Positions 53,654 to 63,772 of a stretch of 64,000 nucleotides of DNA are shown here, piece by piece. Each line of letters opens with the position of its first letter. The first letter of the stretch is position 1. The position numbers were made by a program, and so were the translations under genes. The stretch is from a virus, in IMG/VR virus record IMGVR_UViG_642555161_000005; one strand, 5' to 3'. The notes under the pieces are model-generated. The model was not told the origin of the DNA, did not search any database, and saw only the letters and a list, made by a program, of their open reading frames with translations.

Positions 53654-53950
53654 ATGCTGCTGCGCCAGGCTCTCCCGATCGCGGCACTGACGCTGCTGGC
53701 CGGCTGCACGCAGCACCTGCACCGTGTGCCGGCGCAGTGTGACGCGATGTGCTTCCGCCCGTGCGTCGATGCCGGCGAAGACACCGGCGTGCGCGTGACT
53801 GCAGATCCTGCCGCTGCAGATGCCTGGGACAACATCGGCGGGGACGTGGTCGGCCAGCTGGCCGACAAGCTCCGCACCTGCGACGTGCGACGTAAGGCCT
53901 GCGAACAGTGCCTGCGCCGGCTCGACGCCACGAACGTAATCCAGCTTTGA
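53654..53950 (+). CDS. Lipoprotein, Rz1-like o-spanin candidate
   Basis: Lipobox LLAGC, Cys-containing mature part. Confidence 0.65.
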   Translation: MLLRQALPIAALTLLAGCTQHLHRVPAQCDAMCFRPCVDAGEDTGVRVTADPAAADAWDNIGGDVVGQLADKLRTCDVRRKACEQCLRRLDATNVIQL

Positions 53951-53979
53951 GCGCCATCCCGGCGCCATAGGAGAGCAAC

Positions 53980-54264
53980 ATGTCGAACCAGCAAGCCGGT
54001 ACAAGTCCACTGGCCGACCCGCAGACCCCGATCGAATCCGCCGTGAAGGATCTCGCGCGAACCCAGCAGGAGCTGCACATTGCCGTCGAGCAGCTTGCAT
54101 TGCGTCTCGCGCCGGTGCTGGCCGCAAGCAAACCGGATGCTGCACCGTCCACGGGCCGCGCACTCGGTGCCTCGAGTTTGCTCGAAGACCTGTTCCAGCG
54201 GCGGGACGCAGCGGCGGCCACCCTGGGCATCATCACCGAACTGCACTCTCAGCTGACCCTGTGA
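53980..54264 (+). CDS. Hypothetical protein
   Basis: RBS AGGAG. Confidence 0.65.
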   Translation: MSNQQAGTSPLADPQTPIESAVKDLARTQQELHIAVEQLALRLAPVLAASKPDAAPSTGRALGASSLLEDLFQRRDAAAATLGIITELHSQLTL

Positions 54265-54665
54265 GCCGGACGCCCGCCAGTTTCAGCCTCACGGTCGTGC
54301 GCGGCGCGACCTGGGAGGACGACTTCACCTACACCAATCCGGATGGAAGCCCGTTCGACCTGACCGGCTACCAGGCACGGATGCAGGTGCGGACGCTGGC
54401 GGGCCAGTTCGGGCTGACGGAGGCGGACACCCTGGTCATGGAGCTTAGTACCGCGGTCGGTTCGCTGGTCATCGCCGATCCGTTGGACGGGGTGGTCTCG
54501 ATCACCGTGCCAGCGGTGGCCACCGAGGTGCTGAACCCGGCGAACGCGCGCAAGGTGAAGCACTGCTACAGCCTGGAGCTGTTCAAGCCGGCAGGCGCAG
54601 ATCCGGAGTACGTGATCCCGCTGGTGGTCGGCAAGGTCACCGTCCAGGGCGAGACCACGCGCTGA
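54261..54665 (+). CDS. Virion adaptor-like protein
   Basis: RGATW...PFDLTGYQARMQVR...YSLEL...GKVTV. Confidence 0.65.
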   Translation: MSRTPASFSLTVVRGATWEDDFTYTNPDGSPFDLTGYQARMQVRTLAGQFGLTEADTLVMELSTAVGSLVIADPLDGVVSITVPAVATEVLNPANARKVKHCYSLELFKPAGADPEYVIPLVVGKVTVQGETTR

Positions 54666-55213
54666 TGCCTGTGATCCGAGCCAGCGAGGGGGCAGCACGC
54701 GTGATTGTGGTTGAGCGCCGCGGCGCCGTCGCGATCCGCGACCCCAGAACGCCCATCGTTGCAGCATCGAAGCCCACCAAGGTCGAGGCGATCCAGGCGG
54801 ATACCCGGACGGTAGAGGTTGCAGCGCGCGGCGCGCAGGGCCCGGCAGGCCCGGCCGGTCGCGACGGCACGTCGCCAGAAGCGACGTACCCGGTCGGTGA
54901 ACCGATCCATGGTCATCGCGTCGTACGCCTGGACAGTGGCAAGGCCTATCACCCGGACACGGCGGTGCTGGAACACGCGCAGGCCTGCATCGGGATCGCC
55001 CTGCAGTCGGCGAACACCGGCAATGTGACGGTGCGCCTGGCCGGCACTGTCGAGGAGGGCAGCTGGACCTGGCACGACGGCGCGGTGTGGTGCGGAGCAG
55101 ATGGCGCTCTGACCCAGAGCCCGGGTGATACCGGCTGGCTGCTGTGCGTCGGCCGGGCGCTCAACGCGACCACCCTGATGATCGACTTCGACTCACCTAT
55201 TGCGCGGATCTGA
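54665..55213 (+). CDS. Virion fibre/cement-like protein with short collagen repeat
   Basis: GAQGPAGPAGRDG. Confidence 0.6.
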   Translation: MPVIRASEGAARVIVVERRGAVAIRDPRTPIVAASKPTKVEAIQADTRTVEVAARGAQGPAGPAGRDGTSPEATYPVGEPIHGHRVVRLDSGKAYHPDTAVLEHAQACIGIALQSANTGNVTVRLAGTVEEGSWTWHDGAVWCGADGALTQSPGDTGWLLCVGRALNATTLMIDFDSPIARI

Positions 55214-55217
55214 ACCC

Positions 55218-55745
55218 ATGGCCGACAAGACCCTGCAGCTCAAGAACAACATCACCACCGAGGTCGAAGGCGTCACCGCGTCAGCCGGCGCCCCAGACGC
55301 CGGCAAGATCGCGGCACTCGGCCCTGATGGCCGCTTCGACGACTCGCTGCTGCCGGCTGGCATTGGCGCGGACACCAAGATCTATCCGGCCAGCGAGGTG
55401 CTCGCGGCTGGCGACTACGTGAACATCTGGGACGACGCCGGCACGGCCAAGGTGCGCAAGGCTGATGCCAGCGCTGCCAACGCAGGCAAGCGCGCCCATG
55501 GTTTCGTGCGCGCCGGCGTCGGTTCTATCGGCGGCGACGCCACTGTGTACTTCGAGGGGCCGAACAGCTCGCTTTCGGGCCTTGCCCCGGGGGCGACGTA
55601 CGTTCTGAGCCATACCTCCCCGGGAGGTGTCGTGCCGCTGGCGTCAGGCACCGCCACGGCCGGCCACATTCTGCAGATCGTGGGAGTGGCCACCGCCGTG
55701 GGGGAAATCAACGCCGAGATCGGCAATCCGGTGGTCCGAGCCTGA
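55218..55745 (+). CDS. Virion fibre/cement-like protein
   Basis: Gly/Ala-rich; GLAPGATYVLS...QIVGVA resembles the preceding gene's C-terminus. Confidence 0.6.
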   Translation: MADKTLQLKNNITTEVEGVTASAGAPDAGKIAALGPDGRFDDSLLPAGIGADTKIYPASEVLAAGDYVNIWDDAGTAKVRKADASAANAGKRAHGFVRAGVGSIGGDATVYFEGPNSSLSGLAPGATYVLSHTSPGGVVPLASGTATAGHILQIVGVATAVGEINAEIGNPVVRA

Positions 55746-55746
55746 T

Positions 55747-55950
55747 ATGGCAGCACGACGTCCGCTTGTCCTGGACGCGAGCAATCGCACCAGGGAGCTT
55801 CCGGCCGGCGACATCCTGATAGGTGTTCCGCTCCATCTGCCCGTTGGTCTGCGCAGCGGCGGCATTGTCTCCTTGCCGCTGTCGACCACGTTCACGCTAA
55901 CGATCGGGCTCCGGGCCGGAGGCACGTTCGACGTGCAGGCGACTGCGTAA
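55747..55950 (+). CDS. Small virion-associated protein
   Basis: RRPLVLD...ELPAGD, similar to the N-terminus of the next gene (RPPLILD...ELAIGD). Confidence 0.6.
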   Translation: MAARRPLVLDASNRTRELPAGDILIGVPLHLPVGLRSGGIVSLPLSTTFTLTIGLRAGGTFDVQATA

Positions 55951-57023
55951 TGACCATTCGCCCACCCCTCATTCTTGACCAGCTCGCTGCGCGTATCGTC
56001 GAGCTTGCCATCGGCGATACGATCGACGGCAACCTGATCGAGGGCTACATCGGTCGGAACCTTCTGATCAACGGAAACATGGACTTCTTCCAGCGTGGTT
56101 CAGCAGGGACGCGGCCAGACGGGGAGAGCTTCACGTTGGACCGGTGGCTCTTTGCCTCTCTCGGTACCGGTACCTCAAATTGGGGTGTAGGGACGTTCGC
56201 TATTGGCGACGCGCTACCGGTACCGCATCCGCCTCGCTTCTTCCAGGGTGTGAACGTCGCGGCAGGCACCAACTCGGCTTGGGTCCGCCAGAAAATCGAG
56301 AACGTGTGGTCCTACGCCGGCGGCAAGGCCACACTTTCTTTCTGGATGCGCTCCGCTGTCGCAGGAAAGAAGGTCGGTGTCCGCCTTGTTCAGGACTTTG
56401 GCGGCGGTAGCGGCGCGTCGCCAGCGATCTTCATCGAAGGCCCGGTTTTCACTCTAACCACCGCATTCCAGAAGTACACCGCAACCTTTGATGTACCTTC
56501 TCTGGCGGGCAAGACCGTAGGTGCCTCAGCGGTAAATGATTGCTTGCAGATCATCTTTGACTTTGCCGCAGCCAGCGGCTACGGCAACCAACTGGTGGGC
56601 CAAACCGGACTTTTTGAGTTCACGCAGGTCCAGCTTGAGAGGGGCGCCACTGCCACCAGCTTCGAACGCCGACCTCTGGCTTTGGAACTGATGCTCTGCC
56701 AGCGCTACTACGAGAAAAGCTACATGCTGGAGGTCAGTCCCGGCACGATTGATAACCAAGGTAGACGTGCTTTCGCGGTGCAGCCTGCTGCCGGAGGCTT
56801 CCTCTTTTGCACACAGGGTTTCCTTGTGCAGAAGCGAGCGACTCCAAGTATTACTGTCTATACGGCTCCAGGCGGGGTGCCCGGGAGCGTTGCCCAAGAC
56901 GACGGCAGCGCGCGTACTGTTACTGTGGCCAATCAAGGTGTTTCTTCGTTCGAGCTGCAGTGGTCCAATTCCGCCGGACGCTACGGCGGCTGGTATCACT
57001 TCACTGCCGACGCGGAGATATAG
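55950..57023 (+). CDS. Fibre / receptor-binding protein with carbohydrate-binding-like domain
   Basis: RNLLINGNMDFFQRG...DRW; VQLERGATATSFERR..LELMLCQRYYEKS; ADAEI terminus. Confidence 0.8.
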   Translation: MTIRPPLILDQLAARIVELAIGDTIDGNLIEGYIGRNLLINGNMDFFQRGSAGTRPDGESFTLDRWLFASLGTGTSNWGVGTFAIGDALPVPHPPRFFQGVNVAAGTNSAWVRQKIENVWSYAGGKATLSFWMRSAVAGKKVGVRLVQDFGGGSGASPAIFIEGPVFTLTTAFQKYTATFDVPSLAGKTVGASAVNDCLQIIFDFAAASGYGNQLVGQTGLFEFTQVQLERGATATSFERRPLALELMLCQRYYEKSYMLEVSPGTIDNQGRRAFAVQPAAGGFLFCTQGFLVQKRATPSITVYTAPGGVPGSVAQDDGSARTVTVANQGVSSFELQWSNSAGRYGGWYHFTADAEI

Positions 57024-57025
57024 CT

Positions 57026-57490
57026 ATGTACCGGCTCACGGAGAACCCGGACGTACTCTTCTGCATCGAAACCGGCGCGTTCATTCCCCGCGGGCATTGG
57101 ATGTGGCCCTCCAAATGGCTGGATTCGCATGCACCACTCCCGATTCCGGCCGCATACACCCTTCACTCACCAGAGCACTACCGCGCAATTCGAGCGGCCG
57201 CCTGGGCATGGATGAATGCCGAGGTAAACGCCCGACAGTACGACAGCATCGAGACGTGTGTGGGCTACTTCAACAGCGGTGTTGAGCGGTATCGGTTGGA
57301 AGCTCGGGCGATGGTTGCTTGGCGCGACGCGGTGAATCAGCGTTTAGAGGAGCTGGTGCTTGCGCCACCTGCCGGCATTGCGACTTGGGAGCAGGTGCGT
57401 CCGCTCTTGCCGCAGCCCGAAGCATTCCTGTGGCCGGCGAGTGTGGAGCTCCCACTGGAGGCTGGTGACGGCCCCACAGCTCAACTTTGA
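57026..57490 (+). CDS. Fibre assembly chaperone-like protein
   Basis: ARQYDSI...EARAMVAWRDAV...LLP..W; follows the fibre gene. Confidence 0.7.
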   Translation: MYRLTENPDVLFCIETGAFIPRGHWMWPSKWLDSHAPLPIPAAYTLHSPEHYRAIRAAAWAWMNAEVNARQYDSIETCVGYFNSGVERYRLEARAMVAWRDAVNQRLEELVLAPPAGIATWEQVRPLLPQPEAFLWPASVELPLEAGDGPTAQL

Positions 57491-57513
57491 TCAATCTGAG
57501 AGGAACCCAGCCA

Positions 57514-58122
57514 GTGGCCGGAAAGATCGACCCGGCGACGGGCCTGCAGGACCAGCAACGGCGGTTCGCGGACGAGTACCTGGTCGACTTCAATGGCACC
57601 GCCGCTTACATGCGTGCCGGTTACAAGGCCACCGGCGCTGCGGCCAGCGCCGCTGCCGCGAGGCTGCTGGCCAACGCAAAAGTGCAGGCCTACCTGGCTG
57701 GCCGGAAGGAAGAGCTGCTGCTGTCGCAGCGGGTCGATCAGGAGGCGGTGTTGGCTCGGCTTGCGTTCATGGCGCTGGGCGACATCCGTACCCTGTTCGA
57801 CCAGCACGGCAACCTCAAGCCAATGAGTGAGCTCACGGTCGAAGAGGCCAGCCTCGTCCAGGGCGTTGAGGTGTTCGAAGAGTGGGAGGGGCGCGGCGAC
57901 GAACGCCGTGCGGTCGGCCTGACCAAGAAGATCAGGCTGGTGAGCCGTCTGGACGCGGTGAAGACTCTCGGCACGCACTTCGGGATGTTCGCCAAGAAGG
58001 TCGAGCACACCGGCAAGGATGGCGGCCCGATCGAAACCCAGACACGGATCCTGGGCGACGTGATGGATCTGATCGACGGATCCGATACGGGCCCCGGGCC
58101 GTCGGCGTCACGGAGCAAGTAG
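57514..58122 (+). CDS. Terminase small subunit
   Basis: QRRFADEYLVDFNGTAAYMRAGY; HTGKDGGPI. Confidence 0.92.
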   Translation: MAGKIDPATGLQDQQRRFADEYLVDFNGTAAYMRAGYKATGAAASAAAARLLANAKVQAYLAGRKEELLLSQRVDQEAVLARLAFMALGDIRTLFDQHGNLKPMSELTVEEASLVQGVEVFEEWEGRGDERRAVGLTKKIRLVSRLDAVKTLGTHFGMFAKKVEHTGKDGGPIETQTRILGDVMDLIDGSDTGPGPSASRSK

Positions 58123-58125
58123 CCC

Positions 58126-59679
58126 GTGGAAGAACTGAGCGACCAGGACGCCAGCAGGATCATTGAGAAGCTGGGGGATCGGTGGTGGCGGCTGAACAAC
58201 CTGTACTACATCACCGACAAGTTCGGTCGGCGGGTGCAGTTCAAGCTGAATGAGGTGCAGGCCGACCTCGATGACAACCTGCACACGTTGAATCTTGCGC
58301 TGAAGTCCCGCCAGCACGGCATCACGACCTGGGCCTGTATCCGCGCCCTGGACATGGCGCTGTTCAAGAAGAACACCAAGGCCGGTGTAGTCGCCCATAC
58401 CGCAGGCGATGCCGCGAAGTTCTTCCGCAGCAAGGTGCTGTATGCCTACGACAACCTGCCGGACTGGTTGAAGAAGATCCGGCCGGCAGTCCGTCGGGAC
58501 ATGCGCGACGGCGTGCTGGAGCTGGCCAACGGCTCTAGCATCGAAGTGTCGGTGTCACACCGCGGCGGCACGCTGACCTTTCTGCATATCTCCGAGTACG
58601 GGCCAATGTGCGCCATGTACCCGGAGCGGGCCGGGGAGGTGGCTTCGGGCGCACTGAACGCGATCGCCTCCGGCAACATCGTGGTGATCGAGTCGACCGC
58701 CTATGGCGCCGCCGGCGACTTCTACGAGCGTTGCCAGATGGCGATTGAGCTGGACCGGCAGATCCGCGCCGGCACGGCCAAGCTGACGGCGATGGACTAC
58801 CGCTTCCACTTCTATCCGTGGTTCCGGGATCCCATCAACGAGCTCGATCCAGACGGCGTCACGCTCACCGCCGAGGACGAGGCCTACTTCGCCAAGGTCG
58901 AGGCGGAGATGAACTACACGCTGCGGCCCGAGCAGAAGGCCTGGTACGTCAAGAAGGCGGCCGAGCAGCGCGACAAGATGAAGCGGGAGCACCCCAGCAC
59001 GCCGGAGGAGGCCTTCCAGGCGAGCACCGAGGGTGCGTACTACGGCAAGGAAATGGCCTCCGCCGACAGCAGCGGGCGGATCACCGATCTTCCGATCAAC
59101 CCGCAGGTGCCCATTCACACCTTCTGGGACATCGGGCGCAGCGATGCGACGAGCATATGGTTCATGCAGGAGAACGGCCCCTGGCTGGATTTCGTCGACT
59201 TCTACGAGAACTCTGGCTTCGGCGTTGCGCACTACGCCAAGGTGCTGAAGGAGCGGGGCTACCTGTACGGCAAGCATTACTGGCCGCACGACGGTGCCAA
59301 CGAGGACTGGTCGGCCAACGAGAACCGCGTGCAGGTCGCCGCCAAGCTGGGGGTCAAGCCGGTTGTCGTGGTGCCCCGGATCAACGACATCACCGAGGGC
59401 ATCGACATGGTGCGCAACATGCTGCCGCGCTGCCGGTTCGACAGGGTCCGGTGCGGCCCACCCAAGGCAGGCGAGGGCCGCGGAGGGCTGGAAGCCCTGC
59501 GGCGCTACACCAAGGTCTGGAACGAGAAGACCGAAACGTATTCCGACCTCCCATTCCACAACTGGGCCAGTAATCCTGCCGACGCGTTCCGGCAGGCGGC
59601 CCAGGGCTATGTCAGCAGCAGTGGCCGCCGTGTCGGCGAGTCGCGCGGCATGGCCAACGACAACTGGAGAACTGCATGA
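58126..59679 (+). CDS. Terminase large subunit
   Basis: LKSRQHGITT, LHISE, IESTA, WDIGRSD and SNPADAFR motifs. Confidence 0.92.
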   Translation: MEELSDQDASRIIEKLGDRWWRLNNLYYITDKFGRRVQFKLNEVQADLDDNLHTLNLALKSRQHGITTWACIRALDMALFKKNTKAGVVAHTAGDAAKFFRSKVLYAYDNLPDWLKKIRPAVRRDMRDGVLELANGSSIEVSVSHRGGTLTFLHISEYGPMCAMYPERAGEVASGALNAIASGNIVVIESTAYGAAGDFYERCQMAIELDRQIRAGTAKLTAMDYRFHFYPWFRDPINELDPDGVTLTAEDEAYFAKVEAEMNYTLRPEQKAWYVKKAAEQRDKMKREHPSTPEEAFQASTEGAYYGKEMASADSSGRITDLPINPQVPIHTFWDIGRSDATSIWFMQENGPWLDFVDFYENSGFGVAHYAKVLKERGYLYGKHYWPHDGANEDWSANENRVQVAAKLGVKPVVVVPRINDITEGIDMVRNMLPRCRFDRVRCGPPKAGEGRGGLEALRRYTKVWNEKTETYSDLPFHNWASNPADAFRQAAQGYVSSSGRRVGESRGMANDNWRTA

Positions 59680-59954
59680 ACGTTTCCCCGCGCGAGCGGA
59701 ACACGCCTACCTCGGTCGAACTGGTCGACCTGCTGTCGATGCTGGTGGCCGCAGCAGATGAAGGGCAACTGGTAAGCGTTGCTTTCATGTTGCGATCGCC
59801 GGAGGGCGACACCATGGTCGACTACCGTGGCAGCCACGAGCTGAGCGAGCTCACCGCCAGGACCGTCCTGCAGCGCATCGCCCAGGACATTGCCGTGACC
59901 CATCCGGCGATCGCCGCACGGATCGAGTCGGATCTCACCAGGAAGGCGAACTGA
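59676..59954 (+). CDS. Hypothetical protein
   Basis: ATGA coupling. Confidence 0.65.
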   Translation: MNVSPRERNTPTSVELVDLLSMLVAAADEGQLVSVAFMLRSPEGDTMVDYRGSHELSELTARTVLQRIAQDIAVTHPAIAARIESDLTRKAN

Positions 59955-59955
59955 C

Positions 59956-60144
59956 GTGGACGAGACCACGGTCCAGCAGCTGGCCATCCATCTGCAGCAG
60001 GCCCGCGCCTACGCACGCTACCTGCCGGGGGGCGAGAACCACGGCACCCTGGTAGAAGACCACGTCCTGTCACCGGATCAGGCTGCAGCGGCGGTGGTGG
60101 AAGAGCTGAATGCCGCGTTGGAGCTGCTGGGAGCTGAGGCATGA
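59956..60144 (+). CDS. Hypothetical protein
   Basis: Packed ORF. Confidence 0.55.
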   Translation: MDETTVQQLAIHLQQARAYARYLPGGENHGTLVEDHVLSPDQAAAAVVEELNAALELLGAEA

Positions 60145-60614
60145 GCGCCGAGGTCGAGCTCGCCCCGGATGGCTTCGTGTGGTGTGGCAAGAAGGGGGAT
60201 CTGACCCTGTACCTGACCCACATCGTGCGCGATGGCGACGACGATGCAGCGCTCTACATCCGCAACGAGAACCGCCGGGTCGAAGGAATGAACCCGATTA
60301 CCGGGATGATCGCTTACGGCAGCCCAGCCTATGTTGTGCCGTTCCGCGACTTCTGGATCTTCCGTCCGGAGGACAAGGACCGTGGTCGCCACCACACCAT
60401 CGGGGACATGGTTGCCCGCCTGCAGAACGCCTCGGTTGCCCTCTACGGCTTGGACGTCCCGGCCTACCGCCACCGCATCCATGACGCCATCCTCGAGTTC
60501 TGCGACGACGTGAAGAACCTGCGTCCGCCGGCGGAGCAGACCCGGGAGCAATGGCTCGGCGAGATGGCGCGGATGGGGATCCAGATCAAGATCAACGGGC
60601 AGAAGGTGAACTGA
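60141..60614 (+). CDS. Hypothetical protein
   Basis: Coupled on both sides. Confidence 0.7.
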   Translation: MSAEVELAPDGFVWCGKKGDLTLYLTHIVRDGDDDAALYIRNENRRVEGMNPITGMIAYGSPAYVVPFRDFWIFRPEDKDRGRHHTIGDMVARLQNASVALYGLDVPAYRHRIHDAILEFCDDVKNLRPPAEQTREQWLGEMARMGIQIKINGQKVN

Positions 60615-62785
60615 TGCAGACGATCGAGAACTTGCGCAGCGAGCCGGCCTACGACCCAGGCGCTGCCGACGTGGCCACCGCGGCGCCGCCCGACGTGGAA
60701 GGCCACCCGCTTGACAGTCTGGAGAACCGCCGTCTCCATGCGAAGGTGCTGGACTACTGGTACACGGCCCTCGATGCGTTCTACGACAACCGCATCGAGC
60801 AGATGCTCGACTACGACTTCTACGACCACATCCAGTGGTCAGAGGAAGACCGTGCCGTGCTGGCGGCCCGCCACCAGGCGCCACTGACCTACAACAAGAT
60901 CAAGATGGCAATCGACTGGGTCATCGGCACCGAGCGCCGCACCCGCATCGATGGCGTCGTGCATCCGCGGGCCGAGGATGACGTCGACGTCGCCGCGGTG
61001 AAGTCGGAGCTGATGAAGTACCTCAGCGACACCAACCGCGTGCCGTGGGCGCGCAGCCAGGCGTTCAAGGATGCCGCGATCGCGGGCTGCGGTTGGACCG
61101 AAGAGTCCATCCGGACCGACCGCGCAGACGAACCGGTGATGGTGGGCCACATTCCCTGGCGGCAGATGCGCCGGGACCCGGTCAGTCGCGCGCTGGACCT
61201 GAGCGACTGTCGCTTCCTGCTGCGGGAGAAGTTCGCCGATCTGGACTATGCGGAGGCAATGTTCCCGGACCGCATCGAGCTGGTGAACCGCGCTGCACAG
61301 GACCACTACGACGGCGACAATGGCGCCTTCGACGAAGAGCTGGATCTCCCCCAGGTCTTCCGTCGCTACGACAGCCGCGGCCATACCGTGACCGGCCGGC
61401 GCATTACCGGCAGGGCCTCCCTGGACAGCCGCTGTCGACTGCGGGTCCGCCTGATCGAGTGCTGGTTCAAGCGCCCGGTCGCCCACAAGCGGCTCTGGGG
61501 CGGCGAGTTCCGTGGTGATCGCTTCGATCCGAACAACGTGAAGCACCAGGTAGCGCTGGCGGCGATGAAGAGCGAGGCCTCCCCGGTGTACTCGCTGTCC
61601 GACGCGGTGGTCGAGGAAATGTGGTGTGCGATCTTCACCGAGGGCGGCCTGCTGCAGCTCAAACGCAGCCCGTTCCGGCATGGACGGTTCCCCTACACCC
61701 CGTACTGGTGCTACCGCCGCAACCGCGATGGCATGGAGTACGGCCTGGTCCGCGGTGTGCGCGACTCGCAGGAAGACCTGAACAAGCGCATGAGCAAGCT
61801 GCTTTGGGCCCTGAGCACCAATCAGCTGTTCTACGAGGAAGGCGCCATCGATGAGGACCGCATCGAGGAAGTGAAGCGCGAGATCGCCAAGCCCAATGGC
61901 GTTATCCCGCTGAAGAACAACGGGCTGGACAGGATCAAGGTGGAGCGCAACCTCGACGTGGCAGAGGCGCAGATCAAGCTGCTGGAGCTCGATGCGGCGC
62001 ACATCCATGACGGCACCGGCGTGAACCGTGAGCTCCTGGGACGCGAGACCAACGCGGCCAGTGGCCGGGCGATCCTCGCCAAGCAGCAGGAAGGCGCCGT
62101 GAGTACGGCGGAACTGTTCGACAACTACCGCCTGGGCATCCAGCTCAGCGGCGAAAAGCAGCTGTCGCTCACCGAGCAGTTCATGACCGAGGAACGGCAG
62201 TTCCGGATCGTTGGCGAGCGCAAGGGTCTGGACTGGCGGGTGATCAACCAGCTGCGCCTGGACACGCTCAACAACGTTTGGGTGGTCGACAACGACATCA
62301 GCCGCAACCAGGCCGACTTCATCGTCGACCAGCAGGACTTCCGCGAGTCCATGCGCCAGGCCTTCGCCGAGCAGTTCTTCGACATGCTGGGCAAGCTGCC
62401 CCCGGATATGTCCGTCCAGCTGCTGGATCTGGCCTTCGACATGATAGACATGCCGGGCAAGGACGAGGTGGTGCAGCGCATCCGCAAGATCACCGGCCAA
62501 TCGGACAACGACCAGGACGTCGACAGCCCCGAGGCGCAGGCGCGTCAGCAGCAGGAAGCCCAGGACCGAGAGGTCGCCCTGCGCGAGCGCATGGCCAAGG
62601 TCGGACTGGACGAGGCCAAGCGCGAAGAGATCATGGCCAAGGCCAAGGCATTGCAGATCAAGACCAAGGGTGACGCGCTCAACGTTGCCGAGCTGATCGA
62701 GATCCTGCTCCCCCTCGCTCCGGCGGCAGACCGCCTCCTGAGCACCCAACAGACCCCCGAGGAAACCGCTCATGCAGCAGCCTGA
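60614..62785 (+). CDS. Portal protein (P22-like, large)
   Basis: FYDHIQW...PLTYNKI, YGLVRGVRDSQEDLNKR and SGRAILAKQQEG motifs; C-terminal coiled coil. Confidence 0.88.
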   Translation: MQTIENLRSEPAYDPGAADVATAAPPDVEGHPLDSLENRRLHAKVLDYWYTALDAFYDNRIEQMLDYDFYDHIQWSEEDRAVLAARHQAPLTYNKIKMAIDWVIGTERRTRIDGVVHPRAEDDVDVAAVKSELMKYLSDTNRVPWARSQAFKDAAIAGCGWTEESIRTDRADEPVMVGHIPWRQMRRDPVSRALDLSDCRFLLREKFADLDYAEAMFPDRIELVNRAAQDHYDGDNGAFDEELDLPQVFRRYDSRGHTVTGRRITGRASLDSRCRLRVRLIECWFKRPVAHKRLWGGEFRGDRFDPNNVKHQVALAAMKSEASPVYSLSDAVVEEMWCAIFTEGGLLQLKRSPFRHGRFPYTPYWCYRRNRDGMEYGLVRGVRDSQEDLNKRMSKLLWALSTNQLFYEEGAIDEDRIEEVKREIAKPNGVIPLKNNGLDRIKVERNLDVAEAQIKLLELDAAHIHDGTGVNRELLGRETNAASGRAILAKQQEGAVSTAELFDNYRLGIQLSGEKQLSLTEQFMTEERQFRIVGERKGLDWRVINQLRLDTLNNVWVVDNDISRNQADFIVDQQDFRESMRQAFAEQFFDMLGKLPPDMSVQLLDLAFDMIDMPGKDEVVQRIRKITGQSDNDQDVDSPEAQARQQQEAQDREVALRERMAKVGLDEAKREEIMAKAKALQIKTKGDALNVAELIEILLPLAPAADRLLSTQQTPEETAHAAA

Positions 62786-63767
62786 CAACGCGGGCCAGCA
62801 TTCGCTGGCCGCGAACGAACTGGAAATGACCGAGGGTGAGCGCGCGGCGCTGGCCAGCGCTGATGGTGCCGCCCCTGGCGATGCCGCTGCAGCTACTGGC
62901 ACCACCGATGCGTCGGCAGCCGCCACCGCCACCGCCACGCCGGCGGCCGAAGGCTCAGCTGCGCCAGCGGCGGGCGCTCCGGCGGACGGTGCGGCACAGC
63001 CTGATGCAGCGGCCGCCGCTGCCGTGGCAGTTGCTGCAGATGGGACGGCCCATGCGCCGCCAGCAACGTCCGAGCCGCCGCCGGCCACGCCCTTCGTGCC
63101 GACCTACGCGGCCGACGAGCGCGACTATGGCAAGGAGATCGGCGAGATCAACGGCAAGCTGCAGGCCCTGAAGGAGAAGTACAAGGCCGGCGATGTTGAG
63201 GACGAGGCATACGAGCAGCAGTACGAAGATCTGCGAGACGAGCGCAGCCGCGTCGAGCGCGCCCAGGACATGGCCACCCTGCAGCAGCAGATGAGCCAGC
63301 AGAACGCAGACCAGTCGTGGGCGTACCTGCAGCGCCAGTTCCTCTCCCGCCCGGAGAATGCCGCGATCGCCGTAAGCCCGATGCGCTTCGCTGCGTGGGA
63401 GCAGGCGATGCAGTCGGTGGTCAACGAAGCCGCAGCCGCTGGCCGCCAGCTCACCGATTGGGACATTCTGGCCGGCGCGCGCGATCTGCTGGCGGCCGAG
63501 GGTCTGCTGCAGCCCTCCGCTGCTGCGACCGCGCCTCCCGTGGCGCCGCCCCCGGCGAAGCCGGACCGCAGCGCGCCGCTGGGCGATGTGCCGGCAACAC
63601 TGAGCACGGTACCGGCTGCCGCTGACCCGACCTCCCGATCGACCGCTGACGCTGCCGCCGGCATGGACAACATCGAGGACATCGAGTCGTTCCTGGCCGG
63701 GAAGTCGGAAAGCGAGCGCGATCGCATTCTGCGCGACGTGCCGGGTTCCTTCGTGGCGGACAACTGA
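62772..63767 (+). CDS. Scaffolding-like protein
   Basis: Acidic, Ala/Pro-rich, coiled coil, follows the portal. Confidence 0.65.
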   Translation: MQQPDNAGQHSLAANELEMTEGERAALASADGAAPGDAAAATGTTDASAAATATATPAAEGSAAPAAGAPADGAAQPDAAAAAAVAVAADGTAHAPPATSEPPPATPFVPTYAADERDYGKEIGEINGKLQALKEKYKAGDVEDEAYEQQYEDLRDERSRVERAQDMATLQQQMSQQNADQSWAYLQRQFLSRPENAAIAVSPMRFAAWEQAMQSVVNEAAAAGRQLTDWDILAGARDLLAAEGLLQPSAAATAPPVAPPPAKPDRSAPLGDVPATLSTVPAAADPTSRSTADAAAGMDNIEDIESFLAGKSESERDRILRDVPGSFVADN

Positions 63768-63772
63768 GCCCC

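Noticed and set aside
55950..57023. Diversity-generating retroelement or invertible fibre tip
   Set aside because: No reverse transcriptase, template/variable repeat pair or invertase seen in the window
62850..63090. GC-rich quasi-repeats in the scaffold-like gene
   Set aside because: Explained by Ala/Pro-rich low-complexity protein sequence
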